This document shows positions 1 through 10,770 of a stretch of DNA of 25,205 bases, piece by piece. Within the stretch, counting starts at the first letter, position 1; each line of letters starts with the position of its first letter. A program made the translations under genes and the position numbers. The notes below the pieces were generated by a model. It was not told where the DNA came from, ran no database searches, and was given only the letters and a program-made list of their open reading frames with translations. The stretch is from assembly GCA_004431415.1 (NCBI GenBank), contig QPMI01000045.1, positions 1-25,205 on the forward strand. Reading direction: 5' to 3'. This DNA comes from Cyanophora paradoxa CCMP329 (taxonomy: Eukaryota; Plantae; Glaucophyta).

Positions 1-5
1 ACGCC

Positions 6-401
6 ATGCGGTGCCCCAGGACCGTCGCAGAGGCCACCGACTGGGCGCCCGGGCTCGTCAACCGCCGCAGCGCCTTTCTGCTCATGGTCCGCAAAATCGC
101 CGGCTGGCACGGGGGCAGCGTCCGGTACGTGCCGAAGCCGCTGGACTACATCGACCGGCTCGCCGCCCGCATCGGACTCTCGGGCAAGGAGCGCGAGGCG
201 GCCCGCGAGCGCGCGAGGGCGCTCGCCGCGGCCGGCTCGGGCCGCTCGCCCGTCGTCCTCGCGGCGGCGGCCATCTGCGCCGCCACGGGCCTGCCCCACG
301 ACGCGGTGGCCGGCGCCGCGGGCATCACCGCCTGCGGGGTGCGCAAGGGGATGGCCGCCTTGCGCGCGCACCTGTCCAGTCCTCTTGTGGGCGCGAGCTA
401 G
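6..401 (+). CDS. TFIIB/TFB-like cyclin-fold protein, C-terminal part (probably truncated by the window start)
   Basis: The translation shows the TFIIB core-repeat pattern: CPRTVAE (end of repeat 1), PLDYIDRLAARIGL, GRSPVVLAAAAIC and the helix-turn-helix-like VAGAAGITACGVRK. Stop TAG at 399-401. The N-terminal Zn ribbon is not in the window. Confidence 0.75.
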   Translation: MRCPRTVAEATDWAPGLVNRRSAFLLMVRKIAGWHGGSVRYVPKPLDYIDRLAARIGLSGKEREAARERARALAAAGSGRSPVVLAAAAICAATGLPHDAVAGAAGITACGVRKGMAALRAHLSSPLVGAS

Positions 402-552
402 AACGATTCCGAAGACTCGAATTTGCGCGTGAATTTCGCGTCTTTGAAATTTCGCAAGCCTAGGGCCTGGGTCCAGGCCGGGTACGATTATAGCGCCGTT
501 GAGAGAGATCGCGAGCTCGAGGGAGATTCTGAGAGGCAGAGCCTGCAACGCG

Positions 553-558
553 TAAATA
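553..558 (+). promoter_or_regulatory. TAAATA (TATA-like) motif upstream of ATG 591
   Basis: AT hexamer in very GC-rich DNA, about 30 nt before the ATG. The same motif precedes four other genes. Confidence 0.5.
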
Positions 559-590
559 GAGCCCGGGGGGCCCCGCGCCGGCACGAGTAG

Positions 591-2873
591 ATGGCAGCGG
601 GAGACGCGGATGACGTTCCTGCCCCTTCGGGCTCGGGCCCGGGCGGCGGCACCCCGGCCGCGGGCGCCGGCGCCGGCGCCGACCTGGCGTCGGCGGCGGC
701 CCCTCCAGCTCCCGTCCGCCGCCCGAGCCCGAGTCCCGCCCCGGCCGCGTCGCCCTGCCGGCCTACTTTTCCGAGTGGCGGCACGAGATGATCAACTTTC
801 GCCACCAGTGCGCGCGCTGCGGCTGCCGGCAGCCCCTGCCGCCGCTGTTCCTCTACCCCTGCACGGTGGCCGCGCTGCTCGAGCGGACGGGCGCCAAGAC
901 TGTGAGCGAGGCGATCGACGCGCACCCGCGGGCGGCCGCCAACGTCTTTCGCGGCGGGCGCATCGCCTGCACCCCGTGCGCCCTCTCGCTCGCCTCGGGC
1001 GGGGCCTTTCCACAGGCCTCGGCCCCCGCGGGGCCCGAAGGCTTGAATCCCGACGGCGGGGCGTGCGGCGCGGCCGGCTGCGACCACGCCGCCCTCTCGC
1101 CCTGCAGCCGGCTCGACGCCTACGCCTCCTACCTGGGGTACATCGTCGAGGGAGGGGAACCGCGGGCGTGGACGGAGGGCGAGGCCTGCGGGCGCGCCCT
1201 CTTGGCGTCCGTGCACGAGGTCGGGGCGAGGCTGCGCCTCCCCGCTCCCGCCCCGCCGCCGGCCCCTCTGCCGCCTCTTCCGCCCCCCGACCCCCCCGCC
1301 GCGGCCGCCGGGGCCGCCGCCGGAGGAGAGCCGCAGACGGCCGCCGCCGCGGCGAGCTCGAGCTCGAGCGCTGCGGGAGGGGCGGCGCCCAAGGAGCCGC
1401 GATCGCCCGCGACCCGACGCAGGGGCGGCGGCGCGCGCGCTGGCGGCGGCTCGCGATCGGGCGGCCCGTCTCGATCGGGAGGGGGAGCGTCGTCCTCGCG
1501 CGCGGCGGCCACGGGCAAGCGGGCGGCGCGGGACGGGGAGCCCTCCGACCGCGAGAGCTCGAAAGAAGAGGAGGAAGAGCGGGACGAGCTCGCAGAAGAG
1601 GACGAAGCTGCGGCGGCCGCGGCCGGCGGCGCAAAGGCCAAGGGGCGCCCCCGGCGCCTCTGCACGACGGCCCCGGCCGGCGGCGAGGACGAGGAGGAGG
1701 AAGAGGCTCCGGAACAGTCCGACAAGGGCGCGGGGCCCAGCTCCAGGGCGAGGCGCAAGCGCTCCAAGTGGGCCGCAGCCGCAGACGACAGGCGCCCCTG
1801 GCGGAGCGACAAGCTCATCAAGGTGCGCCCAGCGAGATGGAGCTCAAATTAATTATAAGATTGAAAGCTGCGGCCCCCTTACCTCGCGCGCGCAGGTCCT
1901 GGTGGCGGCCTACGCCGTGCCGAGCGAAGAGGGAGACGAAGACGCCGAGGGGAGCTCCGGCGGCGGCGGCGGCGGCGGCGCGGCGGCGGCGGGCGGGGGC
2001 GAGGGCAGCGCCGCCGGCTCGCGGCGCGGAAGAGGACGACGAGGACGAGTGGGAGGCGGCCCAGCGCGAGCGGTGGGCCAAGTCGTTCGAGCGCCTGGTG
2101 AGGAGCTCGAGGCGACGGGACGGCGGGGGCAGCAAGGGCAAGCAGCCGGCCGAGGACGACGGCATCGACCGGGACGGATTCGAGGCGATCGTCATGGGGC
2201 TAGAGGGGGGCATCTCCCCTGAGCTGTCGGCTGAGGCTGGACGCCAGCGCCGAGGCGCGGCCGAGCTCCTGCGCTCCGCGACCGAGCGGGCGTGGGCGCC
2301 TGCGCCCTCTTGCTCATCGCCTGCGCCGTGCTGGCATCTACGAGCGCTTTGCGGCGCGCTTCAGCCGGAGCCGCCGCTCGTGGGATTCTTTCGCCAGGTG
2401 CACCAAATTTCCGCCCTTTAATTTTGTACAACTTCAAGAGGCGACGCGCGGCGCAGCTCAACGTCGACCGCGCTACGACGACGCCCTGCGCTGCTGCGGC
2501 TTCCGCACCGACGAGCCGACCTTCAGGCTCGCACCTACCTCGAGCTGCCCACCTCGCCTCGACCGTCCGGCGCTTCCCCGGCCTCGCGCGCGTGGCCGGC
2601 GCGGCGCACGCGCAGGACTTCGTCAACTTGTGCCGCTGCTGCCCGCGCGGACGAGCGCGGGCTGGAGGAGGTCTGGCAGCGGCTGGAGGACGAGCTGCCC
2701 GAGGGATGACGCTGCCGGACGACCTGCTGGCCGAGGCGGCCGACCGGGCGACGGCGGGCCTGGCTCGGACGGAGGCGAGGGCGGCGCCGGCTCGGACGGG
2801 AGGGCGCGTAGCGCCGCCCGGCCCGCGGCCGCGGCCGGGCGGGGCCGGGCCGGCCCCGGCCGGATCCCGATAA
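591..2873 (+). CDS. Hypothetical multi-exon protein with an N-terminal Cys/His-rich (putative Zn-binding) region and acidic low-complexity linkers; frameshifted
   Basis: ATG 591. A frameshift near 750 joins to ..AYFSEWRHEMINFRHQCARCGC..CTPC..CGAAGCDH... GT-AG intron 1823-1895 gives in-frame SDKLIK|VLVAAYAVP, and a second likely intron starts at 2398. Later globular-looking pieces are WEAAQRERWAKSFERL, QDFVNLC and LEEVWQRLEDELPEGMTLPDDLLAEAA. No family recognised. Confidence 0.55.
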
Positions 2874-2876
2874 ATA
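2871..2876 (+). promoter_or_regulatory. TAAATA motif upstream of ATG 2929
   Basis: GATAAATACGG, about 50 nt before the ATG. It overlaps the putative stop codon of the upstream gene. Confidence 0.45.
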
Positions 2877-2928
2877 CGGCGGGATCCCCCGCGGAGCGGC
2901 ACCGGAATCGAGAGCGGCCGACGTCACG

Positions 2929-3363
2929 ATGGGCCTGGAATCGATCGAGCTCGTCGACATCGCGATCTACCCCACCTCTGCGTTTCCGACGGCGAGGGAG
3001 GGCGTGCGCGTCAACACGTACCACGCGGTCAGGGACGCGCCTGGACGTGAGCATGACGCCGCACGGGCTGCGCGCCTCGACCTGCGTGCGCGAGGACGCC
3101 ATCCCGATCCTGCGCAAGCACGAGCGCAAGGGCTACGCGCGGCTCACGGCGTACGTCGAGGACGAGGGTGGCGTCGCCGTCACGCACATCGTACTCGCCC
3201 GCGACGAGCGCGAGGTCGCGCCGCCCAAGCCCGCGCGGCCGCCGGCGGCGTCGCCGCCCCCGGCAAGAAGGCCGCCGGCCCCAAGATCAAGGCCGAGAAG
3301 CCCAAGCCCAAGGGGAGGCGGGCGAGGAGGGCTCGGACGAGTGATCCTTTTGGAGTCTGTTAG
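2929..3363 (+). CDS. Small protein, possibly HIRAN-like domain plus basic tail; frameshifted
   Basis: MGLESIELVDIAIYPTSAF..YHAVR / GTRLDVSMTPHGLRASTCVREDAIPILRKHERKGYARLTAYVEDEGGVAVTHIVL, then a Lys-rich tail (GKKAAGPKIKAEKPKPKGRR). The VREDAIPIL..G.ARLTAYV segment resembles the C-terminal half of HIRAN, but the NxxDxxA motif is absent. Confidence 0.45.
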   Translation: MGLESIELVDIAIYPTSAFPTAREGVRVNTYHAVRDAPGREHDAARAARLDLRARGRHPDPAQARAQGLRAAHGVRRGRGWRRRHAHRTRPRRARGRAAQARAAAGGVAAPGKKAAGPKIKAEKPKPKGRRARRARTSDPFGVC

Positions 3364-3929
3364 CTACAGCTCGAACGCCGTTGCAGATAGGACCGCCGAC
3401 TCGTTCTGCGCAAGAGTTTGCGTATTGCAGTGCCCTCTAGATCTGGTATGAGAGCGCGGGCGCCGGCGGGCCGGGGCGGTGGGCTAGAGCGCGCGCCGAT
3501 ATCGCGATCGATCCGCCTGCGCTCAGCGGCTGGCAGCGGCGCCGCTCGCCGGCCGCTTCCTGCCGAATCCCTCTATACCACCTTTAGCTCTCGAAAGCGA
3601 GCCGTGCGCGGGCCCGAGGCGCCAGCCGGCGCCGCGGCGACGCGCGCGCGCGCGCGGCGCGTGCGTGCTCCCGGCGGGCCGTGCCGGGACGTCTCGGTGC
3701 ACCAAGAGTCGTTTCCAAACACAATAGAGCAAATCGCGCCGAGCGAGCGCGTCGCCGCGCGTCGGTTGCGGGAATCCAGTCGTTGGCATGCCAACGACTG
3801 AAACGACCCCCCCTCCCGGGGGGGAGGAAAAGGGGGGGAGAAAGCGGGGGGTACACCCGCCGATGGGCGCCGTCCGCTCCGCCCCGGTCCCTCAGACGCC
3901 CGTGCGCTGGCGATCCCGGTGCTCGGCGG

Positions 3930-4756
3930 CTAGGACGAGTCGCCCGCGTCGTCTGCCTCGCCCGCGCGGCCTGCGCCGCCGCCCTCTTCCTCCGCGTCCA
4001 CCTGAATCGGTGCGCCCGCGTTCGAGTGCTCCCTGGCGAGCCGTCGCATGACTGCCAGCTTGCGCTTCGCCCCGCCGCCGCCGTCCTTGACGCCCCGCTC
4101 AAAGGCGCGGGACGCGGCGATGCCGGGAAAGCCGTGGGCGATGGCGTAGGCCTTCCACGGGCCCTTGTTCTTCGTGTACGAGAACTTGCTCCCGCGGTTG
4201 TGCTCCCGCAGCCTGCGATCCGCCTGCGATCAGCGCGGCGCCGGGCGCGCCCGCGTGCGGCTGCGGGCTGGGCTCGCGCGCGGCGCGGCGCGCGGGGCGC
4301 CGGCGGCGGCGCTCGGCACGCTCGGCGCGCTCGGCGCGCGGCTCGGCGGGGGCGCTCACCGGCGGGCCATGTCCGAGGTGCTGCCGACGTAGCACACGTT
4401 GTCCGGGTTCGTGATGAGGTAGACGACGGGGCGCTTCGGGTGGCGCAGGTGCAGCGGCTTGGCCTTGCCGTCCGCCGTCTTGCTGCCGGCGTCCGCCTTG
4501 GGCTTGGCTCCCGCCGCCCTGACCTTGCCGCCCCCGCCGCCCCGCCCCCGCCCGCCGCCCGCCGCCTCGCCCGCCGCCGCGGCCCGGGCTGACCGGCTCC
4601 GTCCGCAGCGTCGTCGGTAGAGGCGCTCTGCGAGGCCGGCTCGGCGGCCGTGGTGCCATCGCCGTGGATCGACTCGCTCGGGGCTCCTTCTCCATGGTCT
4701 CTTCGCCCCGCGCGCCGGCGGGGGCCGCTCCGCTGCGAGCTCCACGGACCCGCCAT
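3930..4756 (-). CDS. SLX1-type GIY-YIG structure-specific endonuclease (2 exons, intron 4213-4359)
   Basis: Splicing CG|gtgagc...cgcag|G gives VVYLITNPDNVCYVGSTSDMARRLREHNRGSKFSYTKNKGPWKAYAIAHGFPGIAASRAFE. This matches the SLX1 pattern Y..YVG.T....RRL.QHN...T....PW......GF......FE with Tyr, Tyr, Arg and Glu intact. Stop TAG at 3932-3930. The low-complexity N-terminus has a frameshift, so the start at 4756 is approximate. No C-terminal RING. Confidence 0.85.
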
Positions 4757-4809
4757 CCCCCCTCTTGAGATCCCGCGAGTCCGCTTGCCCCGCCCCGCCC
4801 CGCGCGTCT

Positions 4810-4815
4810 TATTTA
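4810..4815 (-). promoter_or_regulatory. TAAATA motif upstream of the GIY-YIG gene
   Basis: TATTTA on the + strand, about 55 nt upstream of ATG 4756. Confidence 0.45.
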
Positions 4816-5071
4816 CGCGGACCCGCCCGGGCCCCGCCGGCGCAGGGGTACCGCGTGCCCGCTGGCTCCCTCTCTTCGTGCGCAGTACCCCCTCCTTCCC
4901 CGCTCGGCTTTCCCCCCCCTCTGATCCCGCCTCGCAGCGGCGCGGCGCCGCGGGTCCCTCCCGGCGGGGCGGCCGCCGGCCCGTGCCCCACGCAGGATCC
5001 CGGCGTGCTCGGCTCGGCGCGGGCGGCGTGCTGCGGGCGCGCTCGGTGCGTATTTTCGTTCATCTCGCTCG

Positions 5072-8000
5072 CTACCCGCCTGGCAGGGCCGCGCTCGTGA
5101 CGGTGTGCGGCAGGGAGGCGGGGCGGCGCGCCTCTCGCGCTTTGCGGGGGCCCCGCGGGGGCAGGACGATGGGTACCGGGCGGCTCGCGCCCGGCGGCGG
5201 CTTGGCGGTCACCTCTGGCGGCACGCGGGGGCGCGGCGTCGGGCGCGGGTCGGCCGTCGGCGTCCATGGTTGGCGGGCGGCGGGGCGGCGGCGTCGTCGG
5301 AGGACGAGGGGCTCGGGCGCTCCGTATTATGCGTCCCGTGCCGCCGCCGCCGCCTCCGCCTCCTCCGCCTCCTCCGCCGCCTCCGGCGCTCACGCCCCGC
5401 GCTGGGTTCTTCGGGGGCGGCCGCGGCGGCGCCCGTGTAGCTCCCGCGCCCGCCGGGGCCGGCTCGGCCGCGGGGCTCCTGGCGGCCGCGGCGAGGCGCC
5501 GCAGGACCTCCTCGGCCGTCGTCGTCACGTCGACCGCGCCGCCCGTCGCGCGGTACTCCACCTCCACGGCCGCCCTCGGGTACGAGTAGTCGTCCGGCCC
5601 GCCTCGTTCGACGGCGTCCAGAGCGCGCCGAACCGCCGCAGGATGACAAAGCGGTTCTCCTGCTGCCGGAGGCGAGGCCCACCGTCGCCGTCAGCCGCGC
5701 AAAGACCGTCGACGGTAGGAGTCCCGCGCCGCGTCGCCATCGCCGCCACGACCGTCCGCGCAGGCATCGGGCTCGGCGTGATCAGCGGATGTGCCAGGGC
5801 GCCGGCGGCGGCGGCATCTCCCCTCGCGCCCCTCGCGGCGCCCGCCCGGGAGGAGCGACTCCCGCGCGGCCGCCGCGCCCCCGCTTCGGCGCGGCGGCCA
5901 CCTCCTCCGGCGCCGCCGCCTCCACCGCCTCTGCCGCCGGAGCGGCCGCCGGCGCGGCACCGGCACCGCCGCGGGCGGCGCTCCCTCGGCGTGAGCTGCA
6001 GCGCCCTGCGGAGCGCCTTCCGGGGCGGGTCGCACGGCGGCCGCCGCCGCTGCCCTCTGCCTCCTCCACCTCCTCCCTGTCGCTCCGGCCGCGCGCCGCC
6101 GGCTTGCGCGGGGAGCGGTGCCGCTCCTTGCCCTCGTCGTCCCGAAGATGCGGCAGCACTCGGGCACCAGCGCCCCTCGGCCCGGGCCAGCTCGCGCTCG
6201 ACGCGCATGCCCTCTTTCGGCTCGTCCGAGCTCTCGTCCGAGCTCCCGCCGTCCTCGCCTTCGTCGGACCCGCCGCCGCCGCCGCCGCCGCCAGGGGCGC
6301 CGCCGCGCGCCTCGCCCGCGGCGTCCTGGTCCTCGCCTCCCGACTCGCTCCCTTTCTCGTCCTCCGTCCCCTCCTCCTCCTCCTCCTCCTCCTCCTCCTC
6401 CTCATCGTCGGTCCCGGCGCGCTCCGCCCGCTTGGCTCCCTCCAGGGCCGCCGCCCCGCCCCTCCAGCGCCCGGATCGACGGTCCCTCGTGCTCGGCGGC
6501 GGCGCGCTCCAGCCACGCCAGCGCGGCGCACGCCTGCGCGGCGGCGCGTCGGAGGCGCGCGGGGCGCAGCGCGCAGCGACGGGGCGGGCGGGGCGCGGGC
6601 GGCGCACCTCGCGCTGCGTCCTGTGGCAGTCGTAGTGCATCGTGGCGGTCTTCGGCGTGTGCTGGAGGAGCCGCGCCGTCCCCTCGATCACGCTGGTGGC
6701 GACGTCCCCCTCGATCCGCCCTTGGCCGCCTGATCGCGCACCCAGGTCGTCACCACGGCGCGCATCGTCCTCGGCGGGACCGGCACGCCCGTCCAGCGGC
6801 AAAAGGCCTGCGCCCCCGCCGCCCCACCGGTTCGCCTCGCGCCCTCCCCGACCCGCGCCGCCTCACCTCCTTGGCAAACGCCGTCCAGGAGCCGCGGCGA
6901 AAGGGCTCGCCGGCCGACGTGAAGAAGATGTACCCCTGGTCCTTGGCGCCCTCCCGGAGCAGGTGCCGGCGGTAGTTTTCCACGTACTCGGTCAGCGGTT
7001 CCTGACGCGCCGCGCGGCAGGTCTTTCTGCGGACGCGGGCGGGGGGCGGCGGGGCGGGCGCGGGGCGCACCTGGAGCTGCTCGGCCACCGGCACGACCAC
7101 GGCCCCGTGCCGCTTCTGCGGGCCCATCGCCGGCGCGGGGGGCGCGGGGGTACCCCCTCTTCGCGCGCACCGCCGTCTTGTGGTGAGGGCCCCTCGCTCG
7201 GCCCGTCCTGGATCCGCATGCTCAGGATCGACATGTTCCACCGACCGTTGTCCTTGCGCAGGGTGTCGCCGATCTTCAGGTGCTGGAGGAGGCCCGGCCG
7301 CGCCGGGCTGATCGAGAGGAAGCCGAGGAGAAGGCAGTCCCGCAGGTGCTTTGCCTTTTGCCGCGGCTTCTCCTCGGCGTCGAACGCCTCGTAGGCGTCG
7401 GCCCGCCCCGGAGGACGCGCTCGAACTCGACGCAGTTCGTCCGCTGCCGCCACTTCTTCTCCGTCTTGGACTCGGCGAGGAGCTGGTTCTGCGCGGTGCG
7501 CGGTGCGCGTCGGACCCGGCGCAGCGAGCCGGGAGCGGGCGGGCGGATCGGCTCACCCGCAGGTTCCGCAGGCCTGCCCGTGGGCCCGTCGCTTCCGGCA
7601 GAGGCGCCGCCCCTCACGGCGACAAAGGCGGCGAGATTGATCAGGGTCGAGGCATAGCTGACGAGCGTGCCGGCTTCGTCCCGCGCTCCTCCCGCAGGAA
7701 CCTGCGGCCCGGCCGGCGGTGGGCGCGCCCCCGTGCCCCGCGCCGCGCCCGCGCCCCGCCCGCAGCCCCGCCCCGCCCCGCCTCACCTGAAGAAGCGCAG
7801 GACGATCTCCACGGCGTCGAGGCGGCCCATCACGTCGAGGGTGAGCTCGCCCTCCAGCCCCTCGCGCATGCGGACGTAGCCCAGCAGCCGCTGAATGATG
7901 CCCAGGTCGTTCTGGAGGCTCGAGTTTTCGATGGCGTTGCCCTTGCGCGAGGCGTTGAGCGGAGCCTGCCTCCACTCGCGGTACGCCGCCATCTGGTGCC

Positions 8001-10309
8001 GCAGCGCCCGGCCAAACTCGCCCTCGCTCAGGCGTACGGCTGCCGCGACTCGGCGCCGGCGCCGGGGGCGAGGCGGCCTTCTGCACGGCCAGCGCCACCG
8101 GCACGGGCGGCGAGGCGACCCCGCGAAAGGCGGCGAGGCGGCGCGGTCGATGGGCGTCAGCGGCGCCCGTCGGCGTCGCAGGAGCCGGCGGCGCTCGCGG
8201 CCTCGCTCCCCGCCCCGTCGCCCTCGGCCTCGCTCTCGCTGGACGCCGAGCTGGAGGACGAGGAGACGAGGCGGCCGCGGCGGCGGCCGCCGCCTCGATC
8301 GCCCCGGCGCGCGGCTCGACGCCGGCAGCGCCACGGCCCAGCTGTCGACGTCCTCGTCGATCTCGAAGAGGCGAAGGTCGCTCGTGTCCACGATCGCCGA
8401 CTCCAGCAGCGTCCGGTACGCCTTTCGCCTGCGCATCGGGGGTAGGGGAGGGGGGTCGGCACGGGGCGACGGGCGGCGCAGGGCGGCGCAGGGCGGCGCA
8501 GGGCGGCGGCGGGCGGCGGTGGCCGGCGAGATCGACGCGCCTCTCGGCGATGAAGCGTGCGTTCTTCGTGCCGAACCCGCCCTTGTCCGCCTCGCCGCTC
8601 TTCAGGAAGCCGATGCTGCCGTCGTTCAGGTACTCGTGCCAGGAGTACTGCGTGGCGGCCTCCAGCGCGACGCTCTCCCCGAACCAGAGCGCCCAGATCC
8701 CTGGTGCGCGCGCCCCCGGTCGGCGGCGGCGGGCCGCGGGGGCGGGGCGCGACCGACGGACCGCAGCTGTGCCCGTCCACCTGGAGGCGCTCGGGCAGCT
8801 CCGTCACCCAGGCGAACGTGGGGAGGGCCTTGGTGGCCGCCCGCTTCAGCCGCGGGTCCGGCGGCGCTCCGAGCGAGTCAAAGTAGCGGCACCGCCTGCT
8901 CGAAAGGTTCGCGGCGGGGCGGGCGGCGGGGGCGGCGCGGGGGCGTGGCGGTTCGCTATAGGGGCGGGCCCGCGCGCACCGGCTCTCGCCGTCGAGGGCG
9001 AGGTGATCCAGTGGCCGCGCGTCGTCCACATCTTGAGCGTGCCGCCCGGGACCCCGCCGATGCGCACAAAGCATAGGAGAGGCCGCCGTTGACGGCGTGC
9101 CATAGGTTGCGCCGCTTCCGCTTCTCCTCGCTCATCCCCGCGTACCGCCGCAGGAGCGAGACGACCGTGTCGATGCTGGCGGGTACAGCGCCTTTGTGAG
9201 CGCGTTGGGCTTCATGCGGTGCAGCAGGAGGGTCATCACGTTGGCCATCATGCTGTCCTGCCGCCCGGCGCGAGGTGAGCGCGGGCGTGGGGCGGCGGGT
9301 GCGCGCGCGGCACGGCGCGGGCGCGGGCGCCGCGGAGCGCGGGGAGGGGTGGGGGCGGCGCGCCGTGAGCCACTCCTCCCGCGAGAAGATGGCGAGCCGC
9401 CGCGCCGGCTGAGGCTCGGGCACCATCAGGTCGATCTCCGCGGGGTCCATGCCGCGGACGGCGAGCGAGGCGCGCTTGAACGCGAGAGCAAAGGCCGGGT
9501 CGCGGTCGGGAGCTTGGCGATGAGCTGCTCCGTCCCTCGAGCTCAGGAAGGACCAGCTGCGGGCCGAGCCCAGGTTCTCCTGCCCGCCTCGCCGGCCAGG
9601 CCGAGGAACGTGATGAGCGTGCGCGCCAGGACGGAGAACCGCGCGGAGCCCAGCGTCTTCGTCGTCGCCACCCAGCGGTGCGGGCTCCCTCGCCGAGGTT
9701 CGGGTGGCGCCTCCCGATCTCCTGGCGCACGCTGACCGTGTTCCTCGGGTTCCCGTAGATGCACTCGGCGATGCTGGCGATCGGGCAGTACCACGGCGAG
9801 AGCTCCGGGACCTCGATGCGCTTGACCTTGAACGCGAAGAAGCGGGCGCCGTCGACGTGCAGCACCTTGACGTCGCAGCGCTCAAAGTCCTCTGGCAGTC
9901 GCCGCTCGATCGCGCTGGTGAGGTCCCTGTAGCAGTCCCGCAGGTTGGTGCTCTCCGACCCCTCCCAGCAGAGCGATGCGAGCTCCTCGACCTGGCCGAG
10001 GCGAGGACGCGCGGCGGGTTCTCCGTCGGTGCAGCCGCCCCCGCGGCACGATGCGCAGCATCTCCCACAGGAGGATCAGGGCGTCCGTCTGCGGGCCGCT
10101 GATCGGGCGCGAGGCGAGGCCGTGCGGTCCGGTGAGCTGCTTCCTCGCCTCCTCGGCCTCTGCGGGGGGCCCGCTCCCGAAGATTCGCTGAAGCTGCGGC
10201 AGGGCGACGGCGGGGCCGGCATCGGTCCTGAAGACGAGGATGCGCTCGGGCCCCCCGTATGCGTCGAAGACGATCTTTTCCCACGCGTCCCGCACAAAGG
10301 CGAGGACAT
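5072..10309 (-). CDS. Large multi-exon protein: unknown N-terminal region + Ulp1/SENP-like protease + tyrosine recombinase + acidic/low-complexity C-terminus; several 1-nt frameshifts
   Basis: Exon chain reconstructed from a likely ATG at 10309. The protease and recombinase sides join in frame through GC-AG intron 8429-8540 (NARFIAER|RKAYRTLLES). The linker and C-terminal part need frameshift correction, and the 3' end (TAG 5074-5072) is uncertain. Confidence 0.65.
6371..6403. repeat. (CTC)n microsatellite encoding poly-Glu on the minus strand
   Basis: About 11 perfect CTC units, read as DDEEEEEEEEEEE in the recombinase-gene tail. Confidence 0.9.
6608..8040 (-). CDS. Tyrosine recombinase (phage-integrase fold) domain with N-terminal core-binding-like region
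   Basis: Spliced motifs: LRDCLLLGFLSISPARPG (Arg 7298-7300), HHKTA|KRHG (Lys 7177-7179; intron 7116-7170), YIFFTSAGEPF, PRTMR (HxxR box with H>R; Arg 6760-6762) and LLQHTPKTATMHY (His 6659-6661, catalytic Tyr 6632-6634). Confidence 0.85.
8471..8520. repeat. 10-bp tandem repeat GGGCGGCGCA inside intron 8429-8540
   Basis: Three perfect and two variant units are directly visible. Confidence 0.85.
8541..9380 (-). CDS. Ulp1/SENP-like (C48, CE clan) cysteine protease domain
   Basis: EEWLT|DSMMANVM (WLxD motif, across GC-AG intron 9258-9363), GHWIT, RCRYFDSLG and LQVDGHSCG|IWALWF (intron 8701-8761). The His-Asp-Cys triad and oxyanion Gln are in the Ulp1 order. Confidence 0.85.
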
Positions 10310-10379
10310 CCGTCGCCCGCCGCGCCGGGCGCGGCCGTCTCGTTCTCGCTCGGGAGATCGGGGGCGGGTGATCGTGGTG

Positions 10380-10385
10380 TATTTA
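10380..10385 (-). promoter_or_regulatory. TAAATA motif upstream of the Ulp1-recombinase gene
   Basis: TATTTA on the + strand, about 70 nt upstream of ATG 10309. Confidence 0.45.
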
Positions 10386-10540
10386 TGCGTCTCGGGGGTT
10401 TTTGTTTTGGCAGTTGGTCGGTGGCGAGTTTTTAGAGATGTTTCACTTCTCGTTGTAGTTCTGTCCACCTTGTACTATATTTCTGTCCCGTCGCATTTTG
10501 AATTTTGTTTTGCTGTACCACCCCTTGTAGGCCCACCCCT

Positions 10541-10770
10541 CTGCCTCCCATCATTCCCTTGCATTCCTCTCTTCATTCCATTTCTAAATGTATGAGAGAG
10601 TAAGGAGCATTCCGTGCGTTCCCGGCGTTCCGTCCCTCTTGTCCTCCGGCGGACAGCGAAGAGCATCCACGGGCGCCGGCGGCGTGTGAGATTTAATGCT
10701 GCGGCACGGGCCGGGGGCCGGGGCCAGAAGTAGGTCTGGAACGCTGGAACGCGGAACGCGGCAGGGGTAC
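10541..10770 (+). repeat. ~230 bp repeat family, copy A
   Basis: Core CATTCCCTTGCATTCCTCTCTTCATTCCATTTCTAAATGT ... GGTCTGGAACGCTGGAACGCGGAACGCGGCAGGGGTAC. Confidence 0.9.

Noticed and set aside
4650-6635. 661-aa + strand ORF (and similar Arg/Pro/Ala-rich ORFs such as 610-2421, 7895-9076, 14733-16061 and 21697-23124)
   Set aside because: These are shadow or off-frame ORFs caused by stop-codon scarcity at very high GC. Recognisable motifs lie in other frames or on the other strand.
8541-9380. Adenain-type Polinton/virophage maturation protease
   Set aside because: It belongs to the same clan, but WLxD and QxDGxSCG fit Ulp1/SENP better. No capsid, pPolB or packaging ATPase was seen in the window.
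5072-10309. DIRS/Ngaro retrotransposon
   Set aside because: No reverse transcriptase (YxDD), RNase H or gag was recognised, and the gene is intron-rich.
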